53,207 bases of DNA from Octopus bimaculoides (Eukaryota): positions 11,769,127-11,822,333 of the forward strand of contig NC_068987.1 in assembly GCF_001194135.2 (NCBI RefSeq), given 5' to 3'. A program made the position numbers and the translations under genes. The notes under the pieces were generated by a model that was not told the origin of the DNA, made no database searches, and saw nothing but the letters and a program-made list of their open reading frames with translations. Positions 35,267 through 49,012 of this stretch are shown piece after piece (the stretch's first letter is position 1; each line of letters starts with the position of its first letter).

Positions 35267-37589
35267 CTGAAAGACAAAAAACGAAAAACCATAAGAAAAT
35301 AAAAGAAAAGTTTAACTAACTACAATATTTACTGCATCATCATTATTATCATCATTGTCATCGTCGTCGTCATCATCGTCATCGCCGTCGTCGTCATCAT
35401 CATCGTCATCGTTGTTGTTGTCATCACCTTCATCATCATCATCGTCGTCATCATCATCGTCATCGTCGTCGTCGTCATCATCATCATCATTTAACGTCCA
35501 CTTCCCATGCTGGTATGGGTTGGACAATTTGATAAGATTTAGTGAGCTGCAAGGCTGCATTGAATTCCGATGTCAATTTTGGCTCATCATCTTCATCTCG
35601 ATGCCCTTTCTAACACCAACCACTTTACAGTATGTGCTGGGTGCTTTTGCTTTTTGTTTTCGCTTTTGTGCCACCGTACACATTCCCCTATATTCTTGTT
35701 TAATTCAATTTATCTCATGCTACAAATTTTAAACAGGAAAATCATCATTATCATTTATTGTCCATGTTCCCTGTTCATTTGGGTTAGACAGCTTGTGAGG
35801 ATCTGATGGACCTAAGGACTTCACTGTACCCCCAGTGTTTGCTTTATCATGGTTTCTATGGCTGAATGCCCTTCCAAACACCAGTTACTTCACAGCATGT
35901 ACCAGATCCTTTTTTGCATACCAGCAGCATTAGTGAGTTCACCATACAGACTGCAAGACTATGAACCCCTGAAGAGCAGGGGATGACCTTACGCAAGGAG
36001 ATGAGAAGTTAAAGTATGAAGGTGGTGGTGGTGGAGAACAGCTTCTTGTAGTGGTTGCTCTGCCGTATAAACCACACCAAAAGAGATATTGGAGCATAAC
36101 TATGTTCTATGTTTTCTGACTCTTTGAACCATCAGCTGTAGAAACTTTGCCAGATCGAATTGGAGTCTGGTGCAGCCTTCTGGCTTGCCAGCCCTCAGTC
36201 AAACCGTCCAACCCATGCCAGCATGGAAAGCGGACGTTAAATGACGACGACGACGACGGCGATGATGATGATGATGATGATGGTGTGCAACTTATGCTGT
36301 ATTGTTTGTAAGTGCAAACTCAGTCGCAGTTCACCTTTTAACTTCTGTTTGTTTCATTCGTTAGACTGTGGCCATGCTGGGGCACTACTATGAAGAAATT
36401 TTAGCTTTTGAATCAAACCCCTGTACATTTTATATTTTAAATTTTGAATTTATTCTATTAGTTTCATTTGCCAAACTGCTAAGTTATAGGGGGGATGTAA
36501 ACACACCAACACTGGTTGTCAAGTAGTGGAGGAAAACAAACACAGACACAAAGACACACATGCATGCACACACACACACACACACACAGATGTACACACA
36601 TACACACAGACACAGATGTACACACACACAGATGTATACACATACACACAGACACAGATGTACACACATACACATAGACAAATACACACAAAGAAACATA
36701 CACACATATACACATGCATGCACATAGACACACACACATATATACAGACACACACACACAGAGACTCATGCACACACAAGCNNNNNNNNNNNNNNNNNNN
36801 NNNNNNNNNNNNNNNNNNNNNNNNNNNNNNNNNNNNNNNNNNNNNNNNNNNNNNNNNNNNNNNNNNNNNNNNNNNNNNNNNNNNNNNNNNNNNNNNNNNN
36901 NNNNNNNNNNNNNNNNNNNNNNNNNNNNNNNNNNNNNNNNNNNNNNNNNNNNNNNNNNNNNNNNNNNNNNNNNNNNNNNNNNNNNNNNNNNNNNNNNNNN
37001 NNNNNNNNNNNNNNNNNNNNNNNNNNNNNNNNNNNNNNNNNNNNNNNNNNNNNNNNNNNNNNNNNNNNNNNNNNNNNNNNNNNNNNNNNNNNNNNNNNNN
37101 NNNNNNNNNNNNNNNNNNNNNNNNNNNNNNNNNNNNNNNNNNNNNNNNNNNNNNNNNNNNNNNNNNNNNNNNNNNNNNNNNNNNNNNNNNNNNNNNNNNN
37201 NNNNNNNNNNNNNNNNNNNNNNNNNNNNNNNNNNNNNNNNNNNNNNNNNNNNNNNNNNNNNNNNNNNNNNNNNNNNNNNNNNNNNNNNNNNNNNNNNNNN
37301 NNNNNNNNNNNNNNNNNNNNNNNNNNNNNNNNNNNNNNNNNNNNNNNNNNNNNNNNNNNNNNNNNNNNNNNNNNNNNNNNNNNNNNNNNNNNNNNNNNNN
37401 NNNNNNNNNNNNNNNNNNNNNNNNNNNNNNNNNNNNNNNNNNNNNNNNNNNNNNNNNNNNNNNNNNNNNNNNNNNNNNNNNGTGGTGGTGGTGGTGGTGG
37501 TGGTGATATATGTGTATGTGTGTGTGTCCATAAGACTACAAGCAAGTATGACCTGTTAGCTTATACTTGCTCCGGTTGTCACATTCTGA

Positions 37590-37616
37590 CAATTGGGAAG
37601 AGAGAGAGAGAGAGAA

Positions 37617-37649
<33 letters not shown>

Positions 37650-37705
37650 TAGATAGAGAGAGAGAGAGACAGACAGAGGGAGAGAGAGAGAGAGANNNNN
37701 NNNNN

Positions 37706-37781
<76 letters not shown>

Positions 37782-37820
37782 CGAGAGAGAGAGAAAGAGA
37801 GAGAGAGAGAAAGTGAGAGA
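37590..37820. repeat. (AG)n microsatellite
   Basis: Direct reading. Confidence 0.95.
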
Positions 37821-39226
37821 GCAAAGGCAGTGTACACCAGCAGTCAGTTGGTATTCGTTTTTCTACTGAGCAGACTGGAGCCACATGAAATGCCCTGTTC
37901 AAGAACCCAATGTACAGCTTTGTCCAGGAGTTGAACTTGTGATTTTCAGATTGTAAGCCAGACACCCCAACCACCAAGACACAACCCTTTACAATAGCAT
38001 TAGTTGACTTTAAAGACCAACCAAACCTATTCCAATCTGCCTGGTCTATAATGCCCAAAGAGTTTCACCATCTGATCTCACTGAAGTTATTTCCCTTGCA
38101 TTTCATCTTCTAAATTTTAACACTCATCATCATCGTCGTCGTCGTCGTCGTCATTTAATGTCTGACTTCCATGCATGCATGGGTAGGACAGCTGACAAGA
38201 GCTGGCCAGGTAGAAAACTACCCTAGGCTTCTGTGTCTCTTTTGGCAGGGTTTTTACAGCTGGATGCCCTTCCTAACACCAACCACTCTGCAGGGTGGAC
38301 TCAGTGCTTTTTACGTGGCACTAGCACAGGCAAGGTCAAGTTTTGGCATGATTTTTGCTGCTAGATGCTCCACCAAACACCAGCCACTTTACAGTGTGGT
38401 TTGGATGCTTTTAATGTGGCACCAGCACTGGTAGGGTTACTAAATAAAACTTGCAAGATACTCCTTGAGAATATTTTTATCTGCTAATTGTTTGGATTAT
38501 CTCAAAGTCTATTTTCCACTCATACGTTACAACTGTGAATCCCTATTATAGGAATATTAATTATAGAAATATTCGTTTCTACTCTAGGCACAAGGCCCAA
38601 AATTTTGGGGGCGGTGGCTAGTCGGTTAGATCGACTCCAGGCGAAATACTGCTAAGCATTTTGCCTGGCATGCTAATGTTTCTGCCAGCTCACCACCTTA
38701 AAATATTATTTTCTACTCTCAGCACAAGGCCTGAAATTTTTGGGGAGGGGCCAGTAGATTAAATCGACCCCAGTACGCAACTGGTACTTAATTTATCGAC
38801 TCCGAAAGGATAAAAGGCAAACCTGACCTAGGTGGAATTTGAACTCAGAACGTAAAGACAGACAAAATACCGCTAAGCATTTTGCCTGGCGTGCTAACAT
38901 TTCCGCCAGCTCACCCACCGCCTTATTAATCATAGGAATATTAACACAACCCATTGTTACTATAATAAAGATAGGTTGTGGCACATGAAGATGAATAAGA
39001 GGGATTAGTAGGGATTATTTAATCTTTAAATGAATTTCAGTCAGTGGACTAGAGCTGTATTAGAGGTGAAAGAGGAGTCACTACTTTAAAAGTATGTATT
39101 ATATTGAATCTGATTTATTGAAAGATTATTGATTAAACACTTTGCCTCAAAACTATTGGCCTTGAGCCTAAATCAAAAATCATGATTTATCATTACTAGA
39201 GTTATATCCCCCTTATATATTTATTC

Positions 39227-39270
<44 letters not shown>

Positions 39271-39584
39271 CTGAGTGTGTGTGTATGTGTGTATGTATAT
39301 GAATGTGGTCTTGTTTAAATATTATATAATTGTTGTAAATGAGCATCACAAACTTATGAGTGCGGTTATTTATTTCCAGTGGAAAAAACATGTCTAGCTA
39401 TGGGGAAATACTATCTTGTGTGAAAACAGGTAAGGTTTGGGAACAGGAAAGGTATCCAGCTGTAGAAAAATCAGTCTCAACAAATTCTATCTGACTCATT
39501 ACAAGTATGGAAAAGTGGACATTAAATGATGATGATGATGAATTTGTTAATGTATACATTGAACGATATAATGAAAACCTTTAC

Positions 39585-39755
39585 CTGATCGAGTTCGAAA
39601 TGTATGATCATCCACAGGCCCATTGTAGAAGTAAGATCTTGTGCCATGCCCTCGTTTCCATTGCAAAATGCCTGACATGGCCTTAAAACCACATGTATCA
39701 CGTTCAAAGTCACAAGAGAAAGGTAATTGAATTGATGGAGTTTGTGACTCGTAAT
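39585..39755 (-). CDS. Exon 5: linker plus MAM2 N-part (FSCDFERDTCGF...GPVDDHTFRTRS)
   Basis: CTTTAG acceptor, GTAAAG donor, 171 nt, phase 1-1. Confidence 0.92.
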
Positions 39756-39954
39756 CTAAAGAAAAAAAAACAAACATACAGGTATTTAATTTAGTAAGAA
39801 AAATTTATTACATATGTATATATTTATATGTATATTAAGTATACATATACACAAGCACACACACTATCTACTTTTATATATACACATATATATATATATC
39901 GTCCAACCCATGCTAGCATGGAAAGCGGACGTTAAACGATGATGATGATGATGA

Positions 39955-40031
<77 letters not shown>

Positions 40032-40032
<1 letters not shown>

Positions 40033-40314
40033 CAGGCTGAGTAAAAAGTAAGCAACGTTTTGAAACATGAAATTCATCACAGAATATATTTCAACAATGC
40101 GGAAATTTTATCCATCAAAGTAAGTACCATTACAATCAGCACATTTTTTCCAAAGTGTTACAATTTTGTTTATTCCGGTAACATAAAAATCTGGAGTTCT
40201 GGAACTGATGATCTCTTTGAATGCCCTTTCAGCATCGGTTTGATTTTTTAACTCCTTCTCTCGCAGGAAACCATCAAGGTGCTTGAAAAAGTGGTAGTCA
40301 GTAGGAGAAAGGTC
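40032..40314 (-). mobile_element. mariner 3' fragment, cecropia/Hsmar1-like C-terminus plus TIR
   Basis: DLSPTDYHFFKHLDGFL...DFYVTGINKIVTLWKKCADCNGTYFDG*; TIR TA|TCAGGCTGAGTAAAAAGTAAGCAACG. Confidence 0.88.
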
Positions 40315-40608
40315 TTGAGAATAAGCTGGGTGGTGAAGAATTTTGTAGCCAAGAATTTTGGTTGGGAAGCAAGCTTCTTACTACACAGCCATGTCATTAT
40401 TTTCAAAATTAATTGAAGCAAAAATGCATTTTGCTTCAACAGAAACATGGTAACAAAAGGGTTAATCTTCAGTAACAGCTACTACATGTCTGATTACCCT
40501 ACTAAATAATTGTTGTGTTTTTGTGAAACTTCCTAGTTGTATACAAGGTAGAACAAAAACGAGAGAGTCATATTTCCTTACTGAAATGGATATCTTAATG
40601 TGTCTTAC

Positions 40609-40708
40609 TTGGAATCTCATTAGACTCTGGACAGTTGCCTTCTTTAAGTTGTACATCATCGATAGAAATATCAGCTGTGGGTCCTTCCAAATGAGCTTCA
40701 AACATCAG
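40609..40708 (-). CDS. Exon 4: MAM1 C-part (LMFEAHLEGPTADISIDDVQLKEGNCPESNEIP)
   Basis: TTTCAG acceptor, GTAAGA donor, 100 nt, phase 0-1. Confidence 0.92.
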
Positions 40709-41976
40709 CTGAAATAGAAAGTTGAATAAATTTTCAAGATGCCAAAAAAACAAGGGCATTAACTGGATTAATACTATTAACATTTGTTAAGAAGAGGGGA
40801 GGGCTGAGAACCAAACCTTGATGCACACCTCCCTGCTCACTAAACACATTGCCAACTCTCATCTTGTTAACAGTATTTCTGTACATGGTTTGTTTGCATG
40901 GCTCTCACAATACATTTATCTATATTTAGTTTTCTCAGTAACAGCCAAGCTACAGAACATTCTATCTTTTCTAAGGCCTTCTCTGGGTAAACAAATACTA
41001 ATTATCATGTCTATTACTCTTAGCTAAATACATCTCCTGCAGTTGTCTTACTGGGAAGAAGGTATTAGATGTACCCTGTCATGGAACAAACCCAAACTGC
41101 ATGTCTTCTAATCATTTATGCTAAAACTCTTTCTCTTACATTTATAACCTGCTTCATCAGTTTTGATGTCTCTACAGCTGTTTCCTTTTATTTTACTCTC
41201 ATGCACGAAGGTTCTGGCATAGCTGTGAGATTATGAAGCTTATTTTGGAATCATGATGTTCTGGGCTGATTCTCACTACATGACATGGGCAAGTGATATC
41301 TTTAGCCTCAGCCTGACCAATATCTTATGAATGAAACTAGTAACTGGAAAGTGTATGTTGAAACTATGGCAATTATAATATGGAAGACTCAACCATTCAA
41401 AAACACAAAAAACTGTTAACTTCACTTAACCCTGTTAAGTCATATTCTCACTATAGAGGGGACAGTTTAAAGGTCATTTCTGGTGAATTCCCTTTAAATT
41501 GATCATGAACAACACATGTAGAAAAAGAAGATGAAATGCTAAAATTAGGCAACCAATCACATTGCAGCATTATAGTCAAGTATGCTTATGGTTTGCTGCT
41601 AAGGGTGCCTGACCCCTAGTTATTGTTTACTTTCGTTTTTAATCAGAAAAAAATAAACGGTTTTGCAATGAAATGAGTGTGTGATGAACCCAGCACTTTG
41701 TCTTGAAATGTGCAACGCCTGACTATTTGCAGTTGAAGAAATTATTTCACCAGTCCTCAGTCAAATCGTCCAACCCATGCTAGCATGGAAAGCGACGTTA
41801 AACGATGATGATGATGATGATGATGATGATGATAATGATGATGATGATGATAATGATTACAGTAACAAACAGAATGCTCTAGAATTGTAGCATTTTAGAT
41901 TTACTTTATCAGTCATACTTGTCTCCAATAAAATCTAACTCGATGACCCCATTCTTTGAATGAAAGTGCTACTTAC

Positions 41977-42242
41977 CCGATTTTCTGTTTCAGTTTTAAA
42001 TGACGTCTGAAAAAGTCTCCAGCTTTCATCTTGAGAACCTTCAAGTGCAATAACTTCTTGGTCTTGTAGCTGAGTGTTATTGCTATATCTATAGATATAT
42101 AAGGCTTTGTCAAACTTGCCAGACATGTAATAATAGAAAGACAAGCAATAGCTTTTGTCCATCTGCAGAAATGCTGGTGTAAATATCTGGGCAATATTTT
42201 CCTCAGTCAGATTTTGGTACTTTAGATGTAAATAAGAGCCAG
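41977..42242 (-). CDS. Exon 3: MAM1 middle (GSYLHLKY...YCLSFYYYMSG...SWRLFQTSFKTETENR)
   Basis: TTTCAG acceptor, GTAAGT donor, 266 nt, phase 1-0. Confidence 0.92.
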
Positions 42243-42821
42243 CTGAAATAAACACAAAGTAAATTTTAAGAATGAAATCTAATGGAAGTACAACAAAACT
42301 TTTTTTTTTTTTAGGAAAGAAATATTATCAAGAGAAGTGGAAACTGCATGCCAAGATCTTATATTAACACTGAATATGGGTTTGGTAAGAAAGATATACG
42401 CAGCGGTAAGTTAAAATAGGAACCAGCTCTCATTAATACTAATGACTAAATACATATAAAACAAACAGTGAATAAATGTAACTGAATGTATATTTTATCC
42501 AAATTATGAACTGGTTTTGTAATACCTTATAATTATATTAAACATGGCTTACTGAACTGGAAAATAAAGAATAAGATTATCTTTCACTAATACTGAACCA
42601 AAACTGTCTTTTAGAATATTAAAGAGATGCAGGCATGGTTTTTTTTTTTGTTATGAAGTTTGTTTCATGGGTTCAGTCTCACTGTGCAACACATTGGGTA
42701 AGAGTCTTCTACTATAACGCTGGACCAACTGAAAACTTAGGCATTGGTTTAGTAGATGGAAACTGAAGGTGATGGTTGTAAGCAAGCATCACCATTATAG
42801 TAGCAATATTGTTAATTTCCA

Positions 42822-43167
42822 AGGTGGTGAGCTGGCAGAAATGTTAGCATGCCGGGTGAAATGCTTAGCGGTTTTTCATCTGTCTTTACGTTCTGAGTTC
42901 AAATTCTGTTGAGGTCAATTTTGCCTTTCATCCTTTCAGGGTTGATAAATTAAGTACCAGTTGCATACTGGGTCAAGCATGCTGGGTGAAATGCTTAGCG
43001 GTATTTCATCTGTCTTTACGTTCTGAGTTCAAATTCTGCTGAGGTCAACTTTGCCTTTCATCCTTTCAGGGTTGATAAATTAAGTACTAGTTGTGTACTG
43101 GGGGTTGATCTAATCGACTAGTCCCCTCCCCCTAAATTTCGGGCCTTGTGCCTAGAGTAGAAAAGAA
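42822..43167 (+). mobile_element. SINE family B with tandemly duplicated 5' portion
   Basis: About 135-bp direct repeat of head plus core before the tail. Confidence 0.8.
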
Positions 43168-43656
43168 TATTGTTAATTTTCAGTCTTCCATAGAAAATAT
43201 GTCTGGCCATGGGGGAAAATATTACCATGCTTGGAAACAGGAGAGGACTGGCGACAGGAAAAGCATGGCATCTGGCTGTAGAAAATCTTCCTCAACAAAA
43301 TTCATCTGACGCATACTAGCATGGAAAAGGGGACATTAAAACTGGGAGATTTCGAGTTACACCCAAAGAGAATCTTGAATTATGTCGCCCTTCTATTGAC
43401 CTCGAAAGGATGAAAAACAAAGTTAACCTCAGTGGAATTTGAATGCAGAACACAAAGACAGAAGAAATGCTACCAAACATTTTATCCAGCACACTAACAA
43501 CTCTGCCAACCCACTACCTTACTGTAATAAGTGATATTATCATTTATCACAGTAAGGTGGAACACAGGTAAGATTCCAATTCATGACTTTTTAATCAGTG
43601 GCACAGCACTTAAAGTTTTCAGTGAAAGCTCAGGACAAAATGAGAAAAGAACATAC

Positions 43657-43800
43657 ATCCTGTGGTGTGGTCGGCCAGGGTCTCTGCTTCATTTTTATTT
43701 GATTTTCCTTCTTTTCTTTTCCATGTTATGTCGATGGATTTATGACTGTTCCAGTTGCAGAGATCTTTCTCAAAGTCACATGCATGTTGACTGTTGATAA
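43657..43800 (-). CDS. Exon 2: MAM1 N-part (INSQHACDFEKDLCNW...DHTTG)
   Basis: TTCCAG acceptor, GTATGT donor, 144 nt, phase 1-1. Confidence 0.9.
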
Positions 43801-45866
43801 CTGGAATATAAAAGAAATTATCTTGTATCACCAACAAAAGCTAAAATATGGCTAGTATATCATGAATATATATATATATANNNNNNNNNNNNNNNNNNNN
43901 NNNNNNNNNNNNNNNNNNNNNNNNNNNNNNNNNNNNNNNNNNNNNNNNNNNNNNNNNNNNNNNNNNNNNNNNNNNNNNNNNNNNNNNNNNNNNNNNNNNN
44001 NNNNNNNNNNNNNNNNNNNNNNNNNNNNNNNNNNNNNNNNNNNNNNNNNNNNNNNNNNNNNNNNNNNNNNNNNNNNNNNNNNNNNNNNNNNNNNNNNNNN
44101 NNNNNNNNNNNNNNNNNNNNNNNNNNNNNNNNNNNNNNNNNNNNNNNNNNNNNNNNNNNNNNNNNNNNNNNNNNNNNNTATATATATATATATATATATT
44201 AGAGCCAACATTGAAAGTTATGACATTTCATGTTTGAATATGTCCATGTAAACAATGTGATTGAAGACAGAAAAAAAAAAAATGGTAATGGGTGTATGTT
44301 TGAAATATGCATATACATCTATTACTTCAGCATCTCATCCACTCCTTCTTCAGCACCACATTCAACCTATTAACCATCCATGAACACAATACTTAAATAA
44401 CCACCAAATTTAGTGGTGTAACACCATTGCATATACTCTTTTACTCAATACCTTTGCCTTCGCAAAGGTGGAGGTAATAATAGTAATGATAATATTTATA
44501 TATGGAAGTAAGCTTTCCTTTTTGAAAGAACCTCAAAAATTGTAGGTTAGTTAACAGGATTTGAACTTACAACATTTGACTCAGTAGCATGAAACACTAC
44601 TCTGTTTATTTAACTAGATCGTCTACAACATAATTCAGACAGACTCTAGTCTTTGTACAAATAATCAATAGATAAAACATATCTAGTGATATCTCAGACA
44701 TATATGATTTCTGGATTGAAGAGAATGAGTGAAAGTGTTTCGACCTTAAAAGTAAGGCAAAGGTTTCTATTAAAACGTCATTTAAAACACAAATTGTTTT
44801 TATTCTATTTATTTGTATCCTCCCTGTTAACACTTTATGCCAGTCTATATGAACCTCTTGAAACTTCTTATGAGAGATAACAATTAATTTAATATTACAT
44901 CAGCATATATGAAACTGTTGCCTTCAATAATTAAAAGATAGCATATCTTTTTTGATTAACGAAGATCATGTAAAAGGCAAAGTACATTGTCGTTTAGTGC
45001 TAACAGCAATTAAAGCAGAATGGTTTTCTAGGAGTGGTGCTATTATATGAAGAAGTTATATCTGGTTATTTATCTCTATGATTTTTACTTTAGAGATTAT
45101 CAGCTTTCTTGTGATACACTGTACAAACGAACAGATTAATTAATACAAGTACTTGATACCTATTCAATAAAGATTAACAGTAAATACTATCCAGGACTGT
45201 CCTAGCAGCATGGTAGGCCCCTAGGCAAATTAATACACCGGGCCCTGTAATATACATTTATTGAAATGCTTTTGGGGTTGATAAGATAGGTACCAGTTGA
45301 GTACTGGGGTCAATGTCATTGACTTACCCGCTTTCTAGAAATTGCAGGATTTCTGCCAAAATTTGAATTCAATATTAATATTTATTTATTGATTTATTGA
45401 CACCAAACCACAGCATACATAGAGCAGAATTGGATCCTAAGGCCCAGTGTGACCATGACTTAAGGCAGTCTTGATACTATCAACAGTACAATACTAATAT
45501 ATTTGCCATTTTAAACATCCAATGTAGCAATAAATTTATACAAGGCGCAGGAGTAGCTGTGTGGTAAGTAGCTTGCTTACCAACCACATGGTTCCGGGTT
45601 CAGTCCCACTGCGTGGCACCTTGGACAAGTGTCTTCTACTATAGCCTTGGGCCGACCAAAGCTTTGTGAGTGGATTTGGTAGATGGAAACTGAAAGAAGC
45701 CTCCCTTTCCTTAGAAGTGATTGTCCCTTATACTATAACTACTAGATAAGAGACAATAAAATCAGAGACAGTTAGAATTTCTGCCTTGAACCAATTACTA
45801 GCCTGCTAGCCTTGGCTATGTCAAGATGGATTTTTATGTATTCTTCTTCCCACTTGGATTTGAAAT

Positions 45867-46753
45867 NNNNNNNNNNNNNNNNNNNNNNNNNNNNNNNNNN
45901 NNNNNNNNNNNNNNNNNNNNNNNNNNNNNNNNNNNNNNNNNNNNNNNNNNNNNNNNNNNNNNNNNNNNNNNNNNNNNNNNNNNNNNNNNNNNNNNNNNNN
46001 NNNNNNNNNNNNNNNNNNNNNNNNNNNNNNNNNNNNNNNNNNNNNNNNNNNNNNNNNNNNNNNNNNNNNNNNNNNNNNNNNNNNNNNNNNNNNNNNNNNN
46101 NNNNNNNNNNNNNNNNNNNNNNNNNNNNNNNNNNNNNNNNNNNNNNNNNNNNNNNNNNNNNNNNNNNNNNNNNNNNNNNNNNNNNNNNNNNNNNNNNNNN
46201 NNNNNNNNNNNNNNNNNNNNNNNNNNNNNNNNNNNNNNNNNNNNNNNNNNNNNNNNNNNNNNNNNNNNNNNNNNNNNNNNNNNNNNNNNNNNNNNNNNNN
46301 NNNNNNNNNNNNNNNNNNNNNNNNNNNNNNNNNNNNNNNNNNNNNNNNNNNNNNNNNNNNNNNNNNNNNNNNNNNNNNNNNNNNNNNNNNNNNNNNNNNN
46401 NNNNNNNNNNNNNNNNNNNNNNNNNNNNNNNNNNNNNNNNNNNNNNNNNNNNNNNNNNNNNNNNNNNNNNNNNNNNNNNNNNNNNNNNNNNNNNNNNNNN
46501 NNNNNNNNNNNNNNNNNNNNNNNNNNNNNNNNNNNNNNNNNNNNNNNNNNNNNNNNNNNNNNNNNNNNNNNNNNNNNNNNNNNNNNNNNNNNNNNNNNNN
46601 NNNNNNNNNNNNNNNNNNNNNNNNNNNNNNNNNNNNNNNNNNNNNNNNNNNNNNNNNNNNNNNNNNNNNNNNNNNNNNNNNNNNNNNNNNNNNNNNNNNN
46701 NNNNNNNNNNNNNNNNNNNNNNNNNNNNNNNNNNNNNNNNNNNNNNNNNNNNN
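45867..46753. other. Largest assembly gap. Others: 5357-5366, 5597-5606, 12000-12010, 19927-20485, 24537-24546, 26045-26120, 28020-28134, 36782-37481, 37696-37705, 43881-44178, 48082-48357.
   Basis: Runs of N. Confidence 0.99.
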
Positions 46754-47571
46754 AACAAGTAAAAGAGTACTTTAACACCTATTCAATAAAGATTGACAGT
46801 AAATACCACTCAGGACTGTCTTAACAGCATGGTAGGCCCCTACACAAATTAATGCCCTTAGTCATATAATATTTATTTATTGATGCCATACATAGAGCGG
46901 AACTGAGCCCTTAGACCTCTGCGGCCCCTGGGCGACTTCACACTATGATCATGTCTTAAGTTGGCCCTGATACCACTAACAGTAAAATACTGATGTATTT
47001 ATTATTTGAAAAACTAATTCCTTGCAAAACCCATTCAGATATTGAAATGCTTGATTTTACCCTCATTGATAATAAATGGGTGTGGCTGTGTGGTAAGAAG
47101 TTTGCTTCCCAACCACATGGTTCAAGGTTCAGTGTGACTACATAGCAATTTGGGCAAGAGTCTTCTGCTATAGCCTTAGGTTGACCAAAGCCTTGTGAGT
47201 GAATTTGGCAGATGGAAACTAAAAAGAAACCCATCCTATACATTTGCTGTGAAAAACTTTTACAGAGTTGGGGAGTGAAGTTTCAGATATTTCACATGAG
47301 TTGAATTTGTTTCCTCATAACTTTCAGAAAAAAATGGATATTTTTTTAATGAAATTTCCTACAAATAATTCTCGGATGGTGTGGATTCTGATTGTAGGCA
47401 TGCACACATACATAATGGCATGCATCATATATATTTTTTTTTTTAATTTCAAGTTTCATTTTTATAGATATAAATGTGATGTATCGGTATGTATATTTAG
47501 ATGCTCAACAATTTCTTTTCATATTAAATTCTGATGTAATCATAATCCATATCATTTAAAAGGTATATTTT

Positions 47572-47812
47572 TTTATTCGTTTACTTGTTTTAGTCATTTG
47601 ATTGCAGCCATGCTGGAGCACTGCCTTTTAGTTGAAGAAATCGACTTCAGGACTTGTTCTTTCTAAGCCTGGTACCTATTCTATCAATCTCTTTTGCTGA
47701 ACTGCTAAGTTATGGGGGGATAAAAACACCAACATTGATTGTCAAGTGATAGTGGTGGGGGAGACAAACACAGACATAAAGACACACAGATAAATAAATA
47801 AATATATATATA

Positions 47813-47844
<32 letters not shown>

Positions 47845-48002
47845 TCTACAGGCTTCTTTTCAGTTTCCATCTACCAAATTAACTCACAAAGCTTTGGTTG
47901 GCCTGAGGCTATAGTAAAAAAAAACACTTGCTCAAGGTGCCACTCAGTGGGATTGAACCCAGAACAATGTGGTTTGGAAGGAAGCTTCTTACCACACAGC
48001 CA
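47572..48002 (-). mobile_element. SINE family A
   Basis: Reverse-complement match. Confidence 0.8.
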
Positions 48003-48977
48003 CTAGAAAATTTCGATAAAATTATCTGTTTTTCTGAAAGTTATTGGGAAACAAAGTCGAAGAAGGGGCACACTTGTGTAGNNNNNNNNNNNNNNNNNNN
48101 NNNNNNNNNNNNNNNNNNNNNNNNNNNNNNNNNNNNNNNNNNNNNNNNNNNNNNNNNNNNNNNNNNNNNNNNNNNNNNNNNNNNNNNNNNNNNNNNNNNN
48201 NNNNNNNNNNNNNNNNNNNNNNNNNNNNNNNNNNNNNNNNNNNNNNNNNNNNNNNNNNNNNNNNNNNNNNNNNNNNNNNNNNNNNNNNNNNNNNNNNNNN
48301 NNNNNNNNNNNNNNNNNNNNNNNNNNNNNNNNNNNNNNNNNNNNNNNNNNNNNNNNNGAGCGTGGCCATTTTCGTGCGGGTGACACGTAAAAGCACCCAC
48401 TACACTCTCTGAGTGGTTGGCGTTAGGAAGGGCATCCAGCTGTAGAAACTCTGCCAAATTAGATTGGAGCCTGGTGTTGCCATCCGGTTTCACCAGTCCT
48501 CAGTCAAATCGTCCAACCCATGCTAGCATGGAAGGCGGACGTTAAACGATGATGATGATGATGATGATGATGATATAGGTGCAGGCATGGCTGTGTGGTA
48601 AGAAGCTTGCTTCCCAATGACATAGTTCAGGATTCAGTCGCACTCTGTGGCACCCTGGGCGAGTGTCTTCTACTATAACCTCAGGCCAACTAAAGCCTTG
48701 TGAGTGGATTTGGTAGACAGAATCTGAAAGAAGCCCATTGTGTATAGCTCTACTGTGTGAACCTTCTGTCCAGCATTTGCCAGGATAGATCACTGACCAC
48801 TACATTTATATTTTTTTCTCCTCGTTTCTCTCCTTGTTTCTTTCTGTGTTCCTTTCAGTTAAAGAGCGTAGGCTTGAAACATCAAAGACTTTCTCTATTC
48901 CCGAGTGTTAAGCTAATACATCCATTTGTTGTTTACACCAGCTGTCTTCGTCTGTTGGTTTTTTCGTAAATTCTCCC

Positions 48978-49012
<35 letters not shown>

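Noticed and set aside
45772-45866. Frame FKSKWEEEYIKIHLDIAKASRL beside the large gap as a possible extra MAM exon
   Set aside because: No acceptor visible (gap), no partner IVFEG/IDD exon found, and exon 1 already joins exon 2 in frame with a sensible signal-peptide cleavage site. It cannot be fully excluded.
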